DNA of 63,837 nt, from positions 1 to 63,837 of IMG/VR virus record IMGVR_UViG_3300032289_001441. One strand, written 5' to 3'. The position numbers were made by a program, and so were the translations under genes. The notes under the pieces were generated by a model. That model had not been told where the DNA came from, searched no databases, and saw only the letters and a program-made list of their open reading frames with translations. This document shows, piece after piece, positions 20,085-29,146 of this stretch (the first letter of the stretch is position 1; every line of letters begins with the position of its first letter). This DNA comes from a virus. Its lineage: Duplodnaviria; Caudoviricetes.

Positions 20085-20538
20085 CCATCGGATCGACGAC
20101 GACCTTCACGGCTCCGTAGCCGAGTCGGGTGCGATCGCCTGGGGTCAGGCCGAGGACGGTCTCGAGATGCCGAAGCGCCTCGCCGCACTCTTTTGCCTGC
20201 ATCGCCATAGCCACTGGCCGAGAGAAACGGATTGACCCGTCGGGTGCCAGAACCTCGACGTAGGCCGAATCCAACGCCTGGAGCTGCTGCGAGGCGTATT
20301 CCCACATGACGTAGGTCGTCGCGTATCGGGTGATGACGTGTTCGTCAGACTCGGCCAGGGTGCCCATGCCCTCCAGCCAGCTCACAACGCGGGAGAAAAT
20401 CTCCTGCGCTCGAGGCTTCAGCCACTCAGGGGCCGTGATCGGCGTAGCCGGGGCCGCGCCGAGTTCCTCGCGGTTCTTGGCGTGCTTCGATCCTCGCATC
20501 GCGAGGATGTGCTTCGGTGTTGGCGGGCGACCCTTCAT
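20059..20538 (-). CDS. terS: Terminase small subunit (P27 family)
   Basis: GRPPTP, PEWL, LGLTP..R motifs; immediately upstream of terL. Confidence 0.9.
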   Translation of the reverse strand: MKGRPPTPKHILAMRGSKHAKNREELGAAPATPITAPEWLKPRAQEIFSRVVSWLEGMGTLAESDEHVITRYATTYVMWEYASQQLQALDSAYVEVLAPDGSIRFSRPVAMAMQAKECGEALRHLETVLGLTPGDRTRLGYGAVKVVVDPMDALLAKRG

Positions 20539-20790
20539 GCCTACAAGCCTATCGACAGGCTACTGGGCCACGCAAAGGAGTCGAAAACCGCTGGACTGCT
20601 GGCCGGCGAACAGCCGGCCAGCGAAAGGGTCAGTTTTGTCCGCGTGCCTTCCTCCTTGGACATGCGGTCTGCCCTGCGCGACCCTCGGGCAGGGCACCCC
20701 CCATCGGTAGGGGTAACGCTGAAGCCCCTCTCGGCTGGTCGAAAAAATCAAGGCTGCGCGCCCATTCTTCCGACACTCATGGTATACCTA

Positions 20791-20818
20791 TTGTGTCCGC
20801 GGAAAGGGATGCTAGGAT
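20791..20818 (+). promoter_or_regulatory. Putative sigma70 promoter (extended -10) for island
   Basis: TTGTGT-16-TAGGAT with TG; GATGCTAGGATA is identical to the promoter at 22456. Confidence 0.55.
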
Positions 20819-20877
20819 ATGTGGCGTGTGGCCGATTGTCGGTCACAGTTTTTCAACACGAAAAGAGGATTGAAACT

Positions 20878-21777
20878 ATGAAAACCGCAACCCGTAAGGC
20901 TTCCCCCCGTGCAATCCAGATTATCCGCGAAAACGGTTATATCGTGCGGATAATCGATAAAAACTATGCTACCGTCGAAGGTGGTCGGCTGCCCCATAGG
21001 GTTGGCGTCAAGAGGCTGTTGGGGGATGGTGACGCAAACCCGAAAACCGCGAAAAATAAGGTTGCAACCCGTGGCCTATCCCTATTTCCCCACCGCGGGA
21101 TCGGGTTTGGCAACGTGTGCCAGTTTGCGAAAAACTGTGTTGCAACGTGTCTGGCACATCAGGGGCAGGGTAGCGTCCCGAGTGTCGCGGGCGCGCGTGT
21201 GGCGAAAACTGTGCTATATCACATCGCGAAGGATTGGTTTTTGAAGAAGCTTCACCGGGAATTGGATAGTTTTCGTCGCAGCCGGCCGGAAGACGTGACG
21301 GTAGGTGTGCGCTTGAATATGTTTTCGGATATTCCGTGGGAGGAGCATGGTGTGATCGATACGCACCCTCTTGTAAGTTTTTACGATTACTCGAAAGACC
21401 CAAGCAGATTCGGTCTTATCCGCCCAAATTATTGGGTAACATTCTCGCACGATGGATTGAACACGGAAGACAGCATCCGAGTTTTGCGCGCGGGTGGGAA
21501 TGTGTCGGTCGTGTGGCACACTACCGAACCCGATCTTATGGCAACCTATGGGAATTCGGCCGCATGCGGGAAAGCCGCACATCGTCAACTTCTCCCATCG
21601 TCTTGGAACGGATTTGAAGTCATCGACGGCGGGGAAACGGATTGGAGGTGGGAAGACCCGCGCGGGGTTGTGGTGGGGTTGCGGCTGTTGGCGAAAACGT
21701 ATGCCAGCCGCAATCGTGCGATACGGTCTGGATTCTCGCCGGCCGTCGATATCAAACTGCCGATACTGGGCCGATAG
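20878..21777 (+). CDS. GP88-like protein (Cys motif CxxAxxCxxxC)
   Basis: N.KT.K, VC.FA..C...CL, RLN..SDI.W, FYDY.K, Y.VTFS, DG..D.R.DP.G.VVGL motifs. Confidence 0.7.
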   Translation: MKTATRKASPRAIQIIRENGYIVRIIDKNYATVEGGRLPHRVGVKRLLGDGDANPKTAKNKVATRGLSLFPHRGIGFGNVCQFAKNCVATCLAHQGQGSVPSVAGARVAKTVLYHIAKDWFLKKLHRELDSFRRSRPEDVTVGVRLNMFSDIPWEEHGVIDTHPLVSFYDYSKDPSRFGLIRPNYWVTFSHDGLNTEDSIRVLRAGGNVSVVWHTTEPDLMATYGNSAACGKAAHRQLLPSSWNGFEVIDGGETDWRWEDPRGVVVGLRLLAKTYASRNRAIRSGFSPAVDIKLPILGR

Positions 21778-21789
21778 GCTACTGGCAAA

Positions 21790-21825
21790 CACCTCCGGCC
21801 GCGGGGCTGCCAGCGGCCGGAGGTG
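21790..21825 (+). terminator. GC hairpin after GP88-like gene
   Basis: cacctccggccgc...gcggccggaggtg inverted repeat; no U-tract. Confidence 0.4.
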
Positions 21826-22021
21826 ACCAGCACACACGCACACACACACGCTCGAACCTCAGGGGCTGCCAGCGGCCGGAGGTGACCAGCACACACGCAC
21901 ACACACACGCTCGAACCTCAGGGGCTGCCAGCGGCCGGAGGTGACCAGCACACCAGCACACCAGCACACACACACACACGCTCGAACCTCAGGGGCTGCC
22001 AGCGGCCGGAGGTGACCAGCA
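21803..22021. repeat. ~59-bp tandem repeat (3 full + 1 partial) with (CA)n tracts
   Basis: ggggctgccagcggccggaggtgaccagca starts at 21803, 21862, 21921 and 21992. Confidence 0.95.
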
Positions 22022-22024
22022 TAG

Positions 22025-22118
22025 CCCCGACCGTGGAAACGAGCACCAACCCCGACCGTGGAAACGATACGATATCCCCGACCGTGGAAACGAGCACCAA
22101 CCCCGACCGTGGAAACGA
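22025..22118 (+). repeat. Four copies of 18-mer CCCCGACCGTGGAAACGA
   Basis: Exact copies at 22025, 22050, 22076 and 22101 (25-26 bp period). Confidence 0.95.
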
Positions 22119-22124
22119 TAGACC

Positions 22125-22409
22125 ATGAAAATCGAAACTGACGAATGGCTCCCCGTGATCGATGCCGGCAAGCTTGCCGGGTTGGATAAAACAACCGCGC
22201 TGCGCCTCGCGCGATCACTTGGGATCGTGCATACGTTTTTCGGCGTGAACATCATGCGAAAAGCAGACGTTGCAAAACTCGAAACCAACCGCCGCCGGCC
22301 TGGAAATCCCAACTGGATCGAATCGTGGGACGGCGCAGCCGCCGATGGTTCGCGAGGCGGTGAGGCTGCAAAAAAGGCCCGTACAGCGAAACGAGCACCC
22401 CGACCGTAA
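22125..22409 (+). CDS. Small HTH (excisionase/MerR-like) protein, left of array
   Basis: L...DA.KLAGL...T..R pattern; similar to 35628-35918. Confidence 0.65.
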   Translation: MKIETDEWLPVIDAGKLAGLDKTTALRLARSLGIVHTFFGVNIMRKADVAKLETNRRRPGNPNWIESWDGAAADGSRGGEAAKKARTAKRAPRP

Positions 22410-22438
22410 GAAACTTTCCACCCCAAAAGATTTTAGGG

Positions 22439-22466
22439 TTGACACAACAAAAGACGATGCTAGGAT
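22439..22466 (+). promoter_or_regulatory. Sigma70 promoter at head of cassette array
   Basis: TTGACA-16-TAGGAT with extended -10 TG. Confidence 0.75.
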
Positions 22467-22529
22467 AACACACAACACGGGAGGCACGTTGCCCCCCGAT
22501 CATGGAAACCCCCAACGAGGAAACGAGAC

Positions 22530-22769
22530 ATGACGGCTAAAAGCGACTCGCTTGTGCTGGAGAAGATGCGGCGCGGAATGGTGCTCTCGCAAAACAGTCA
22601 GGGAAACTACTGGCTCTTCGACGGCGGCGAGGTTGCCTGCCGCGTTACCGTCGATGCGGCCGAGCGTCTGATCGTCGCCATGAAAATCGTTCGCGACTAC
22701 AAAAACAGCGGCGCGTTCGGCATCAACTGGATGCCGGCCACGCAGCCCGATAGCACCGGCACCAACTGA
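22530..22769 (+). CDS. Hypothetical protein (array)
   Basis: GAGGAAACGAGAC-ATG leader. Confidence 0.75.
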   Translation: MTAKSDSLVLEKMRRGMVLSQNSQGNYWLFDGGEVACRVTVDAAERLIVAMKIVRDYKNSGAFGINWMPATQPDSTGTN

Positions 22770-22820
22770 ACCCCGACCGTCGAAACGATTCCACCCACAA
22801 CCCCTAAGAGGAAACGAGAC

Positions 22821-23018
22821 ATGACCAAGCTGGAGCGCGAACTACTGAAAGAATGCGAGACGATTGCCGCGGCCGATGGGCTGCGACTTGCCGATGTTCT
22901 CCGCGACTGTCACCGATTCTGGTGCGGTGCTGGTCGCAGCCTCAAGCCGCGGGGCTGGGCTGCCCGTGCCGCGGCGGCGGCTCGACTCGTCTCTCGGTTC
23001 AATTCGATAACTGCCTGA
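22821..23018 (+). CDS. Hypothetical protein (array)
   Basis: GAGGAAACGAGAC-ATG leader. Confidence 0.7.
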   Translation: MTKLERELLKECETIAAADGLRLADVLRDCHRFWCGAGRSLKPRGWAARAAAAARLVSRFNSITA

Positions 23019-23071
23019 CCGCAAACACACCCGTCCCTGGAAACCCAAACCCCCACCGAGGAAACGATCCC

Positions 23072-23323
23072 ATGATCATCGAAAACATCGACGACACATA
23101 CCCCGCCCAGTTTCGCATGGCCGGCACGGGCGAGATCATCGTGCCCGAGAGCGACGGCGGCACGGCCACGCTCCTGCGACAAATCCGCTGCATTCTCGAC
23201 GGCCACGGCACCCTGGATTTCTGCCCGACCACGGGCGAGTTGATCATTCGCACGGGGCTCGACGTTCAGATGGGCGGCGAGTTGGTGCCGATGGGTGATG
23301 ACAGCGACAGCGACGATGATTAG
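23072..23323 (+). CDS. Acidic hypothetical protein (array)
   Basis: GAGGAAACGATCCC-ATG leader. Confidence 0.7.
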   Translation: MIIENIDDTYPAQFRMAGTGEIIVPESDGGTATLLRQIRCILDGHGTLDFCPTTGELIIRTGLDVQMGGELVPMGDDSDSDDD

Positions 23324-23404
23324 ACTACCGCGCGACACAACGGCCACCGGCACGTTGCCGGCGGCACCCCCGACCGAGAGAACCCCGACAGAGGAAACGA
23401 GACG

Positions 23405-23638
23405 ATGAAACACGACATCCGACCCGGCGACCGCGTGGCCTACTCTGCCAAATTCCTCCGCTCTATCGGCTGCCGGACCGGCCCGATGCCGTTCGCCCGC
23501 GGGCGGGTGATCGCGTTGCGGCATTACGCCGGCGCGACGTTGGCGACGGTGGCGTGGAACGATCCCGTGATGCCCGACAGCGTGAACGTCGCCAATGTGA
23601 TTGCCGTCGCTGATATCGGCCTGGAATGCGTTGAATAG
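23405..23638 (+). CDS. Small SH3/KOW-like hypothetical protein (array)
   Basis: PGDRV..RG.V...V.W pattern; hairpin leader. Confidence 0.7.
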   Translation: MKHDIRPGDRVAYSAKFLRSIGCRTGPMPFARGRVIALRHYAGATLATVAWNDPVMPDSVNVANVIAVADIGLECVE

Positions 23639-23724
23639 ACCCCTGCTCAAGACAAACCCCGCCGGCGCGTTGCCGGCGGGGCCGACCGTGGAAACGAGAG
23701 AACCCCCCAAGAGGAAACGATCCC

Positions 23725-24927
23725 ATGAACACTGCAACCTTGAACGCTATTTCTCACAGCGATCTGCCCGCCGCGATGGCAGCCGTCGCCCGGTTTGCCG
23801 CCGGCAAGAGGTGCCCGCGGCCGATCCTGCAAAACGTGATGCTCTCGACCGGCGTGGCCGGCACGATGGTCGCAGCCACCGATCTGGAAACGCTGTGTGT
23901 TGTCCACATGCCCGGTGGCAGCGGCGACGGCAAGACGCTCCTGCCCGCCAGCATGGCGAAGCAGATCGCGAAGGAGAAGTGCTGCACGGTCGAATGCGAC
24001 GATGCCGGCGAAGACTCGACCGTGTCTGCCTGCGGCGTGACCGCGGCGGCCGGGGATACGCTGGAGTTTCCGCATTGCTGGCCCCTCGACCCGGCGGCTC
24101 CCGCCGTCCGCATTCCGTTTGAGGTTGTCGATCAGATCGACGGCGCGTGCTCGCCGGCCACCGATACGGAATCGTCCCGATACGCTCTCGGCGGGGTGCT
24201 GCTCGAAACCTCCGGCGATGACAAGCTCTATGCAATCGGCACGGATGGTCGCCGCCTTCACGCTCTGGGAGCCGCTGCCACGGTCGATGCACCGCTGATG
24301 GCAGTTGTCAGGCCCGGTGCCGTCGCGGGCTTCCTGAAGGCAGTGCGGGCCGTTGCCGCGGAAGTCTACGGGTTGAAGGGCAAAGCCCTTGCCGGCCGCC
24401 TGGAAGGGGATGCCGTGGAAATCCGCGCCGCCGCTAACACGGTGGAGTTCAAGTGGTATTCCCGCGGCTATACCGTCACGGTGAAAAGCCTCCCGGTCGA
24501 AGGCCGGTTCCCGAGGTGGCGGGATGTTTTCCCCGCGGGGTGCTGCGATGCCCCGGCCATCCGCATGGATGCCGGCGAAGCGGCGAAGCAGTTGAAGCAG
24601 GCAAAGGCTGCGACAAACGAGCAATGCCGCGGGGTGTTGTTCGCAGCCGGCCGCATGACCGCGGGGACAGTCGATGCCGGCCAGTATTCCGCGTGGATCG
24701 CGGGCGGCATGGGCGGCATGGGCGAATGCCAGCCGGTCAAACTCGACCCCGTTTATGTGCTCGCCGGCATCGCAGCCATCGATGCCGTCAAGGCTCCCGA
24801 CCAGTATCTGATCCATGTCAGAGACGGTCAGTCTGCCTGCTACATGCGGGCAGCCGGCGGCCACGATGCAAACGAGAAGGGGCAGGCCGGCCTGACGGTT
24901 GTGATCATGCCCCTTGCCGCCGATTGA
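23725..24927 (+). CDS. DNA polymerase III beta sliding clamp-like protein
   Basis: DnaN-type motifs PIL.NV, ATDLE, SRYAL.GV, TDGRRL, EGRFP.W..V.P. Confidence 0.85.
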   Translation: MNTATLNAISHSDLPAAMAAVARFAAGKRCPRPILQNVMLSTGVAGTMVAATDLETLCVVHMPGGSGDGKTLLPASMAKQIAKEKCCTVECDDAGEDSTVSACGVTAAAGDTLEFPHCWPLDPAAPAVRIPFEVVDQIDGACSPATDTESSRYALGGVLLETSGDDKLYAIGTDGRRLHALGAAATVDAPLMAVVRPGAVAGFLKAVRAVAAEVYGLKGKALAGRLEGDAVEIRAAANTVEFKWYSRGYTVTVKSLPVEGRFPRWRDVFPAGCCDAPAIRMDAGEAAKQLKQAKAATNEQCRGVLFAAGRMTAGTVDAGQYSAWIAGGMGGMGECQPVKLDPVYVLAGIAAIDAVKAPDQYLIHVRDGQSACYMRAAGGHDANEKGQAGLTVVIMPLAAD

Positions 24928-25021
24928 TTGCCCCCGAGTAAGACAAACCCCGCCGGCACGTTGCCGGCGGGGTGGCCCCCGTGGATGGAAACCTAAACCC
25001 CTAGAACGAGGAAACGAGACG

Positions 25022-25315
25022 ATGACTAAGACAACCAACAAACCCGCCCCCCGCAAGTTCACGCCGGCCACCGGCATCGGCTTCGACCTCACGGTCGAGG
25101 ACAGCGGCTACGGTCTGAAAAACGAGCCGGCAGTTGTGCTCTGCCTGCACACGATCTACGGCACCCGCGTGTATGGGCCGTTCGTGAACATTGCCGCCGC
25201 CCAGGCGTGGATCGGCAGCGATGCAGACGAGACGCTGGTCGTGTGCTACGGGTCGAGCCGCGACTGGTCGCTTCACGCCACAACGATGGAGGTGGACGGA
25301 CACTACCGCGACTGA
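25022..25315 (+). CDS. Hypothetical protein (array)
   Basis: Hairpin plus GAGGAAACGAGACG-ATG leader. Confidence 0.75.
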   Translation: MTKTTNKPAPRKFTPATGIGFDLTVEDSGYGLKNEPAVVLCLHTIYGTRVYGPFVNIAAAQAWIGSDADETLVVCYGSSRDWSLHATTMEVDGHYRD

Positions 25316-25398
25316 CCGGCGGCGGCGGGGGGTGGCCGGCGCGTTGCCGGCCACCCCGAGCGAGAGAACCTAAACCCCTGGAATGAGGAAACGAGACG

Positions 25399-25698
25399 AT
25401 GCCTGCAACACACCGAAAGAGCCGCCGCGATTATCCAGACGGCATTCTGGCGATCTATGACAACGGTGGCAGAACCGTAGACCGCTACTGCGTTGTGTAC
25501 GCTCCGTTCGCACTGGACGGGCGAACCTACTACCCAACTCTTCACATGAACGCCACGCCGACGCACCCCGCCGGCTACGGCATCCACGGCGAGTACGAGC
25601 GACGGCCGCGGCGGCTCCCAGGCGACCGCGTGATCTCGCTCGACGCGCTCCCCGAGGAGTGCCGGCGATGCGTCGAGGATGATCTGCGAGCCGACTGA
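25399..25698 (+). CDS. Hypothetical phage protein (YDNGG.T.DRY motif)
   Basis: Hairpin leader; motif seen in small phage early proteins. Confidence 0.75.
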   Translation: MPATHRKSRRDYPDGILAIYDNGGRTVDRYCVVYAPFALDGRTYYPTLHMNATPTHPAGYGIHGEYERRPRRLPGDRVISLDALPEECRRCVEDDLRAD

Positions 25699-25801
25699 CG
25701 GCCGCCCCTGGAACCGCCGGTGCCCGTGACCGGCGGCGAGGGGGATGCCGGCATCGTGCCTGCCCCGACCGAGAGAACCCGAGAACAAAGGAACCCCGAC
25801 T

Positions 25802-26221
25802 ATGGCAACGAAGAAGGCAGCGACAGAGAAGAAGGAATTCCGCGTCAGTCGCATCTGGACGGTGGAATACCGCTCCTATGCATTCGTCAAGGCGTCGAAC
25901 GCCGAGGAGGCCGCGAAGCTGGCCCTGGATGACGATGACTACAGCGATCAGGAGTCGCTCGATGGCAGCGACGGCCCGACCGAGATCGACGAGATCGTGG
26001 AGATCATGCCGGATGGCGGCGAGATCGAGCACGACATTCCGGTGGCAGACGAGGCCGAATACGCGGACGTGGCCTGGAGAGTCGAGGATATCAAGGAGCG
26101 CATGCCCGACTGGAGCAACAAGCGGTGCGCGAAGTGGCTTGAAATGAATGCGGACGCGATTCAAGTCGCGATGATCGATGCCGGCGGCGACGAGATCGAA
26201 CGAAGCCTGCCCCGCGAGTGA
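25802..26221 (+). CDS. Acidic hypothetical protein (array)
   Basis: AAGGA RBS, degenerate leader; V.ASNAEEA..LA motif. Confidence 0.75.
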   Translation: MATKKAATEKKEFRVSRIWTVEYRSYAFVKASNAEEAAKLALDDDDYSDQESLDGSDGPTEIDEIVEIMPDGGEIEHDIPVADEAEYADVAWRVEDIKERMPDWSNKRCAKWLEMNADAIQVAMIDAGGDEIERSLPRE

Positions 26222-26296
26222 TGACAAACCCCGGCCGGCGGCACGTTGCCCCGGCCGGCGAAACGAGACGAACCCTGGAACGAGAGGAACTGAATC

Positions 26297-26620
26297 ATGG
26301 CCGAGGCCCTGAAACTGATCTGCACGTTGAAGACGCACATAGTCGGCCCCGAGGGCGACTTTATCCCAGCCGGCACCCCCGTGCAGGTGATCGGATGGGA
26401 TGACGATGGCAAGAGCATCGAAGTACGCACGACGGCGCACGTTTATGTGGATGGCTGGGCTGGGATGTATGACGCGATTGAGGCTGGCGAGTCAACCGGA
26501 TTGATCGGCAGCGGCCTGTATGTGCCGGTGCCACCGGAGGCTCTCGTCTACAGCGAAGACACTCACATGACGTTGCTGAACGAACGCAAGAAGGCACGGC
26601 GCGAAGCCTGGGCCGACTGA
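26297..26620 (+). CDS. Hypothetical protein (array)
   Basis: Flanked by identical 38-bp hairpin elements. Confidence 0.75.
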   Translation: MAEALKLICTLKTHIVGPEGDFIPAGTPVQVIGWDDDGKSIEVRTTAHVYVDGWAGMYDAIEAGESTGLIGSGLYVPVPPEALVYSEDTHMTLLNERKKARREAWAD

Positions 26621-26689
26621 CTGACAGCCCCGGCCGGCGGCACGTTGCCCCGGCCGGCGAAACGATACCCCCGCAAGAGGAAACGACAG

Positions 26690-26935
26690 ATGAACCCGAC
26701 CATGAAACTGACCCCGACCGCCGGCCTCGCCACGCTCATGTGGTTCGCGCCGGCCCCGGCACCCAACGATATCGCCGCGATCATGCTCTCTCGCATTGTC
26801 GAGGCCCATGAGGCCGCGATGGAGGCGAACGATCTGCTAGCCGCGGGCGTGATCAGCACCGACCGCTACGAGCGGGCTGCGAATGATCGTGATGATGCTA
26901 TCGATGCCGCTGCGGAATTTCTGGGAGCACGATAG
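26690..26935 (+). CDS. Hypothetical protein (array)
   Basis: Hairpin plus GAGGAAACGA leader. Confidence 0.7.
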   Translation: MNPTMKLTPTAGLATLMWFAPAPAPNDIAAIMLSRIVEAHEAAMEANDLLAAGVISTDRYERAANDRDDAIDAAAEFLGAR

Positions 26936-27015
26936 CCCCTGGTGAAGACAATCGGGGCCGGCGCGTTGCCGGCCCCGTGGATGGAAACGAGAACCCCGTA
27001 GATAGGAACCAGACA

Positions 27016-27303
27016 ATGACAACCAAGAAACGGATAACGAAAGCGGAGCGAGCTAACCGCGACGGCATGATGCGGAAAATCGAGTGGTCGCGGATTCTCG
27101 TCCTGCGATGGTTGATTGAGGCTGGCTGGAGCAATCGCCGGCTGGCGAATACCTGGGCGACACTGGAGAGCGAGACAGCCCGCCTCGTCATCTCGCATTC
27201 GGTGCCGGATCACAATTGGTGCTGCGAAGTCGAGGTGGCTGGGATCGTGAAGGAGACGATGCTGGCGATCACGTTCACGCCTTGGGATGAGGTGGCCCGA
27301 TGA
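27016..27303 (+). CDS. Hypothetical protein (array)
   Basis: Hairpin leader, AGGA RBS. Confidence 0.7.
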   Translation: MTTKKRITKAERANRDGMMRKIEWSRILVLRWLIEAGWSNRRLANTWATLESETARLVISHSVPDHNWCCEVEVAGIVKETMLAITFTPWDEVAR

Positions 27304-27494
27304 AACCCATGCTGCCCTGGTGGAGTTGCTCCGCGCTGATCCTTGACGGTGAAGACGAGATCGATCTGGACGTTGACGTTCAGGCGGCAGATGCCGAGGC
27401 GGCCGAATACGATGCCCGAGAGCAGTGGATAGATCATGGGCACAATCCCGAGAAGGTGCGGGTGCGGATTATTGAGTGGAGGGTCGAGGAATGA
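27300..27494 (+). CDS. Acidic hypothetical protein
   Basis: ATGA coupling. Confidence 0.6.
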   Translation: MKPMLPWWSCSALILDGEDEIDLDVDVQAADAEAAEYDAREQWIDHGHNPEKVRVRIIEWRVEE

Positions 27495-27745
27495 GAAACG
27501 CGAACGGCCACGATCTCTATGTAAGCGATGCCACCTACGCGATCTCGCCACTGGTGCCGCGGGTGCTCCTGCGGTGCGAGCGGTGCGGGTGCCTGGGGGT
27601 CGGCATCATCGAAACGCAGGGGGACCGCGACTATGCGGCGACGATGGATCGCGAGTTCGATACGGGCGAGTGGTGGCACTTCGATGCGCTGCGGATCATC
27701 GGGTCGGCAGCCGCGGAGTGTACGGGCGCACACCACAATAAGTAG
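27491..27745 (+). CDS. Hypothetical protein with CxxC
   Basis: ATGA coupling, GAGG RBS. Confidence 0.6.
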   Translation: MRNANGHDLYVSDATYAISPLVPRVLLRCERCGCLGVGIIETQGDRDYAATMDREFDTGEWWHFDALRIIGSAAAECTGAHHNK

Positions 27746-27781
27746 ACTACCGCGACAGACAATGGTCTGCATTTTGTAGGG

Positions 27782-27810
27782 TTGACACACAGTCGGACAT
27801 AGCCGATAAT
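27782..27810 (+). promoter_or_regulatory. Sigma70 promoter
   Basis: TTGACA-17-GATAAT; upstream context ttt..agggttgacac shared with the 22439 promoter. Confidence 0.75.
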
Positions 27811-27873
27811 GATTGCACATGCGGAGGCACTGTGCCGATGCTGGACTCGAGTCCAACGATGGAGGATAGAGCG

Positions 27874-28056
27874 ATGAAGAAGAACAACACGCAGGAATAT
27901 CGTGGCTACAAAATCGTGCGGCTGCCTCGACGCTGGGTTGTGCTGAACAAATGCGACAGTCAAGTGGCTGCCTTTAGCACACTCTCAGCCGCCAAGGCCC
28001 AAATCGATCGGTTTGTTGACCCTACTGATGCCAGCGACTACGGATGCCCGATCTGA
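27874..28056 (+). CDS. Hypothetical protein (array)
   Basis: GGAGG RBS; EYRGY.I..F.TL.AAKA.ID pattern. Confidence 0.7.
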   Translation: MKKNNTQEYRGYKIVRLPRRWVVLNKCDSQVAAFSTLSAAKAQIDRFVDPTDASDYGCPI

Positions 28057-28121
28057 CCGGCCATCGCCCGCTGGCAACTGGGCCAGCGGGCAACACGAAA
28101 ACGAGACACAAGGGCACACAG

Positions 28122-28331
28122 ATGAGCAAGGTTCTCAGCGACTTGGCGAAGCGGCACCCCGAGAAGATCGACAGCATCGATCGCGACGATACCGGGTGGA
28201 TCATCAACCTGACCGATGCCTGGGTCGAGGACAGCGACCCCGCCCAGGCGAGCCATATGATTTTCGAGGACACGGTCGCCCAGTGCGTTGCCGCCTTCCG
28301 TTCCATCCGCAAAGCAAGGAAAGGCGAGTGA
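28122..28331 (+). CDS. Hypothetical protein (array)
   Basis: Variant hairpin plus AAACGAGAC leader. Confidence 0.65.
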   Translation: MSKVLSDLAKRHPEKIDSIDRDDTGWIINLTDAWVEDSDPAQASHMIFEDTVAQCVAAFRSIRKARKGE

Positions 28332-28334
28332 CGC

Positions 28335-28649
28335 ATGACCGGCTACCAACTCTCCCCCAGGATCACGCTCCACCCCGGCGACCGCTTCCGCGTGGCCGGC
28401 GGCCCGTACTACCGGCTGGCATCCGGCGAGAAGGTGCCACTCGCCGCCCGTGGCGTGTTCACGCTGCTGGCGGTCGATGCCGGCCGGCGTGGCAGGGTGC
28501 AGCTACTGGCCTACGGTGCCGGAGGCTTCGCGGTGATCCACGTTGCCGGCCGGCGGCGGTCGCGGGTTCCTGGGCTCGTCTGCCGGCCTTACCGGGTACG
28601 GAGGGTGGGTGCTCAGAAAAATCCGCGAGGCCGGAGAAAATCCGCTTGA
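28335..28649 (+). CDS. Basic hypothetical protein
   Basis: ORF following 28331. Confidence 0.6.
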   Translation: MTGYQLSPRITLHPGDRFRVAGGPYYRLASGEKVPLAARGVFTLLAVDAGRRGRVQLLAYGAGGFAVIHVAGRRRSRVPGLVCRPYRVRRVGAQKNPRGRRKSA

Positions 28650-28675
28650 CTACTGGTGGAGAGTTTGTTTAGGAT
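28646..28675 (+). promoter_or_regulatory. Sigma70 promoter
   Basis: TTGACT-18-TAGGAT. Confidence 0.6.
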
Positions 28676-28757
28676 TGACCCGCGACGAGACGATACTAGA
28701 AGGGGCACGTTGCCCCGGCCGTGGAAACGAGAAACCCCCGACAGAGGAAACGCGACG

Positions 28758-29084
28758 ATGAAGACCGTGAAATACACCATGTCCGACCATCTTTTCGAGC
28801 TGCACGACAACCTAGTGATCAACTACCCAGGCCGGCTGGCACCCGTCGCCACAGTGACCGCGATGGCAGCCGTGGCGAACGTGGCTCGCCGGTTCCGGCT
28901 GCGGTCGGTGGCCCGCTACATGGCGGCCTGGGCCTACGACATTGCCGATGTGCCGATGAAGGCGGATGCGTTCGATGCCCATGAGCGGCTCATGCCTTGG
29001 GCATGGCACAAGAGCCGGCCTGCCCTGCGTTGGTGGGTCTATGCCGAGAAGGCCCGCGCGGTGCTGGCGACGATTCAAGGCTGA
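28758..29084 (+). CDS. Hypothetical protein (array)
   Basis: Hairpin plus GAGGAAACGCGACG-ATG leader. Confidence 0.7.
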   Translation: MKTVKYTMSDHLFELHDNLVINYPGRLAPVATVTAMAAVANVARRFRLRSVARYMAAWAYDIADVPMKADAFDAHERLMPWAWHKSRPALRWWVYAEKARAVLATIQG

Positions 29085-29146
29085 TCCCCGCCGGCACGTT
29101 GCCGGCGGGCGGGACACGAGAAACCCCCGAACGAGGATACGAGACG

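Noticed and set aside
20338-20877. N-terminal extension of the 479-aa ORF
   Set aside because: Overlaps terS on the opposite strand; promoter and GAGGA RBS support a start at 20878.
21803-22118. CRISPR array
   Set aside because: Intervening sequences are 7-8 nt or are themselves repeated rather than unique spacers; no cas genes.
23349-23359. GGCACG-TTGC apex as sigma54 promoter
   Set aside because: Contains both half-sites but lacks the obligatory 4-nt spacer.
26218-26665. Hammerhead ribozyme (TGATGA...stem...GAAAC)
   Set aside because: No intact CUGANGA directly abutting the stem, no stems I/III, and the pattern is not shared by other copies.
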